64,000 bases of DNA from an uncultured Gemmatimonadaceae bacterium (GTDB lineage Bacteria > Gemmatimonadota > Gemmatimonadetes > Longimicrobiales > Gaopeijiaceae). Position numbers and translations under genes: made by a program. The notes beneath the pieces were generated by a model that worked only from the letters and a program-made list of their open reading frames with translations, made no database searches and was not told the DNA's origin. Each line of letters starts with the position of its first letter. The stretch's first letter is position 1. Below are positions 63,301 to 64,000 of the stretch, in pieces. The stretch spans positions 2,381-66,380 of the forward strand of contig CAYOVN010000001.1 in NCBI GenBank assembly GCA_964407425.1, written 5' to 3'.

Positions 63301-64000
63301 GAGCCACCCCCCCGGGAAGCCAGGAAATCTTCCATGGCCAGAGAACAGCCCCTGGGTTCACTCCCGTGGGCCCTTCCCACCAAGCGAAAGCCTCCGGGAA
63401 CATGTAGCCCCAGATCCTCCGTGAGAATCGCTGCGACCGAGCCCAGATTGGCCAAATCGAGATGGGCGAGAACTCCCACCTTCCCCTGGGGCTGAGGCTC
63501 CAGAGTCATAGGGTCCAGGACGGTCGTTCGGACCCAGGGCGGAGAGGAAAGGAACCGGTCGGACAGCCCAGGGGGCCCGGACGAGGCCTCACGCCCCTCC
63601 CCATTCCCTTCCACATCAGGCGTTTCAGCTGCCAAGGCCAAAATCGGCTCATAGAACTGGGAAAGGAGCTCCGTCATTCCGTACTCATTCACAATCCGCC
63701 CCTCCGGTACTCCCAACGCTTCGGTGAGAGACTCATAGAGTTCGGCCCTGGGCATTTCGGTGCTCCGGCCCTTGTACCCACCGGTCTCCATGATTCGCGA
63801 TCCCGCCGGCAGGCTGATTCTCCACCCCTTCTCGAGAGCCTCCTCCGTCCAGGAAACGAATGAGAAGGCCGTTCCAGCTACCAGGACCGGGGCGCCTATC
63901 TCGGCCACTTCCTCCAGAGCCTTCAGAAAGAGCCCGGAGTCGATGGATCCCTCTGGGCCCACGAAGAACCCGGAGCCGTCGGTTCCAAAACTCCGAATGG
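63297..64000 (-). CDS. LuxE-like acyl-protein synthetase / adenylate-forming enzyme, C-terminal part (the N-terminus lies outside the window)
   Basis: The reading frame stays open to nt 64000 (..IRSFGTDGSGFFVGPEG..). It contains IMETGGYKGRS and VNEYGMTELLSQ adenylate-forming-type motifs. The track GTG at 63962 is probably internal. Confidence 0.55.
   Translation of the reverse strand, partial: IRSFGTDGSGFFVGPEGSIDSGLFLKALEEVAEIGAPVLVAGTAFSFVSWTEEALEKGWRISLPAGSRIMETGGYKGRSTEMPRAELYESLTEALGVPEGRIVNEYGMTELLSQFYEPILALAAETPDVEGNGEGREASSGPPGLSDRFLSSPPWVRTTVLDPMTLEPQPQGKVGVLAHLDLANLGSVAAILTEDLGLHVPGGFRLVGRAHGSEPRGCSLAMEDFLASRGGGS

Noticed and set aside
1-64000. Search for CRISPR arrays, tandem or interspersed repeats, IS elements, integrases, prophage genes, rRNA and tRNA
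   Set aside because: I saw no regularly spaced direct repeats, no transposase- or integrase-like ORFs, and no long compositionally deviant islands. The scan was by eye only, so short or degenerate repeats could have been missed.

Overview
This is a high-GC, gene-dense bacterial chromosomal segment with about 52 protein-coding genes. Scanning by eye, I found no rRNA, tRNA, CRISPR array, transposase, integrase or phage genes. Most of the content is core metabolism and housekeeping.

Genes I recognise:
- Central metabolism: pyruvate phosphate dikinase, malic enzyme, glycine cleavage P and H proteins next to a lipoate ligase, and an acyl-CoA dehydrogenase.
- DNA and translation: PolA, SSB and RsgA.
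- Regulation: two short sigma-70 paralogs and a GAF-GGDEF cyclase.
- Transport: a BtuFCD/FecBCD-type ABC importer, a five-gene Opp/Dpp peptide ABC operon, TatA and a NatAB-like ABC-2 exporter.
- Respiration: a complete alternative complex III operon (actABCDEF).

The RxPLN-type short sigma factors, the alternative complex III operon and a DUF2723 protein suggest an FCB-superphylum organism such as a Gemmatimonadota-like lineage. That is inference only.

I could not identify a clear-cut novel multi-gene system. The best candidates for a second look:
1. A single-polypeptide SbcD(Mre11)-SbcC(Rad50)-like protein at 1503-4289. Both its nuclease and ATPase motifs look eroded, and it sits in an odd operon with a flavin reductase and a membrane-anchored spermidine-synthase-like protein.
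2. An AbrB-family small protein followed by a macrodomain gene, and the convergent LuxC/LuxE-like pair at the right edge.
3. A 515-bp non-coding gap upstream of a sigma paralog.
4. A truncated RemA/DUF370-like protein.
5. Two small orphan ORFs upstream of the act operon.

All family assignments come from by-eye motif recognition. No database search was run.
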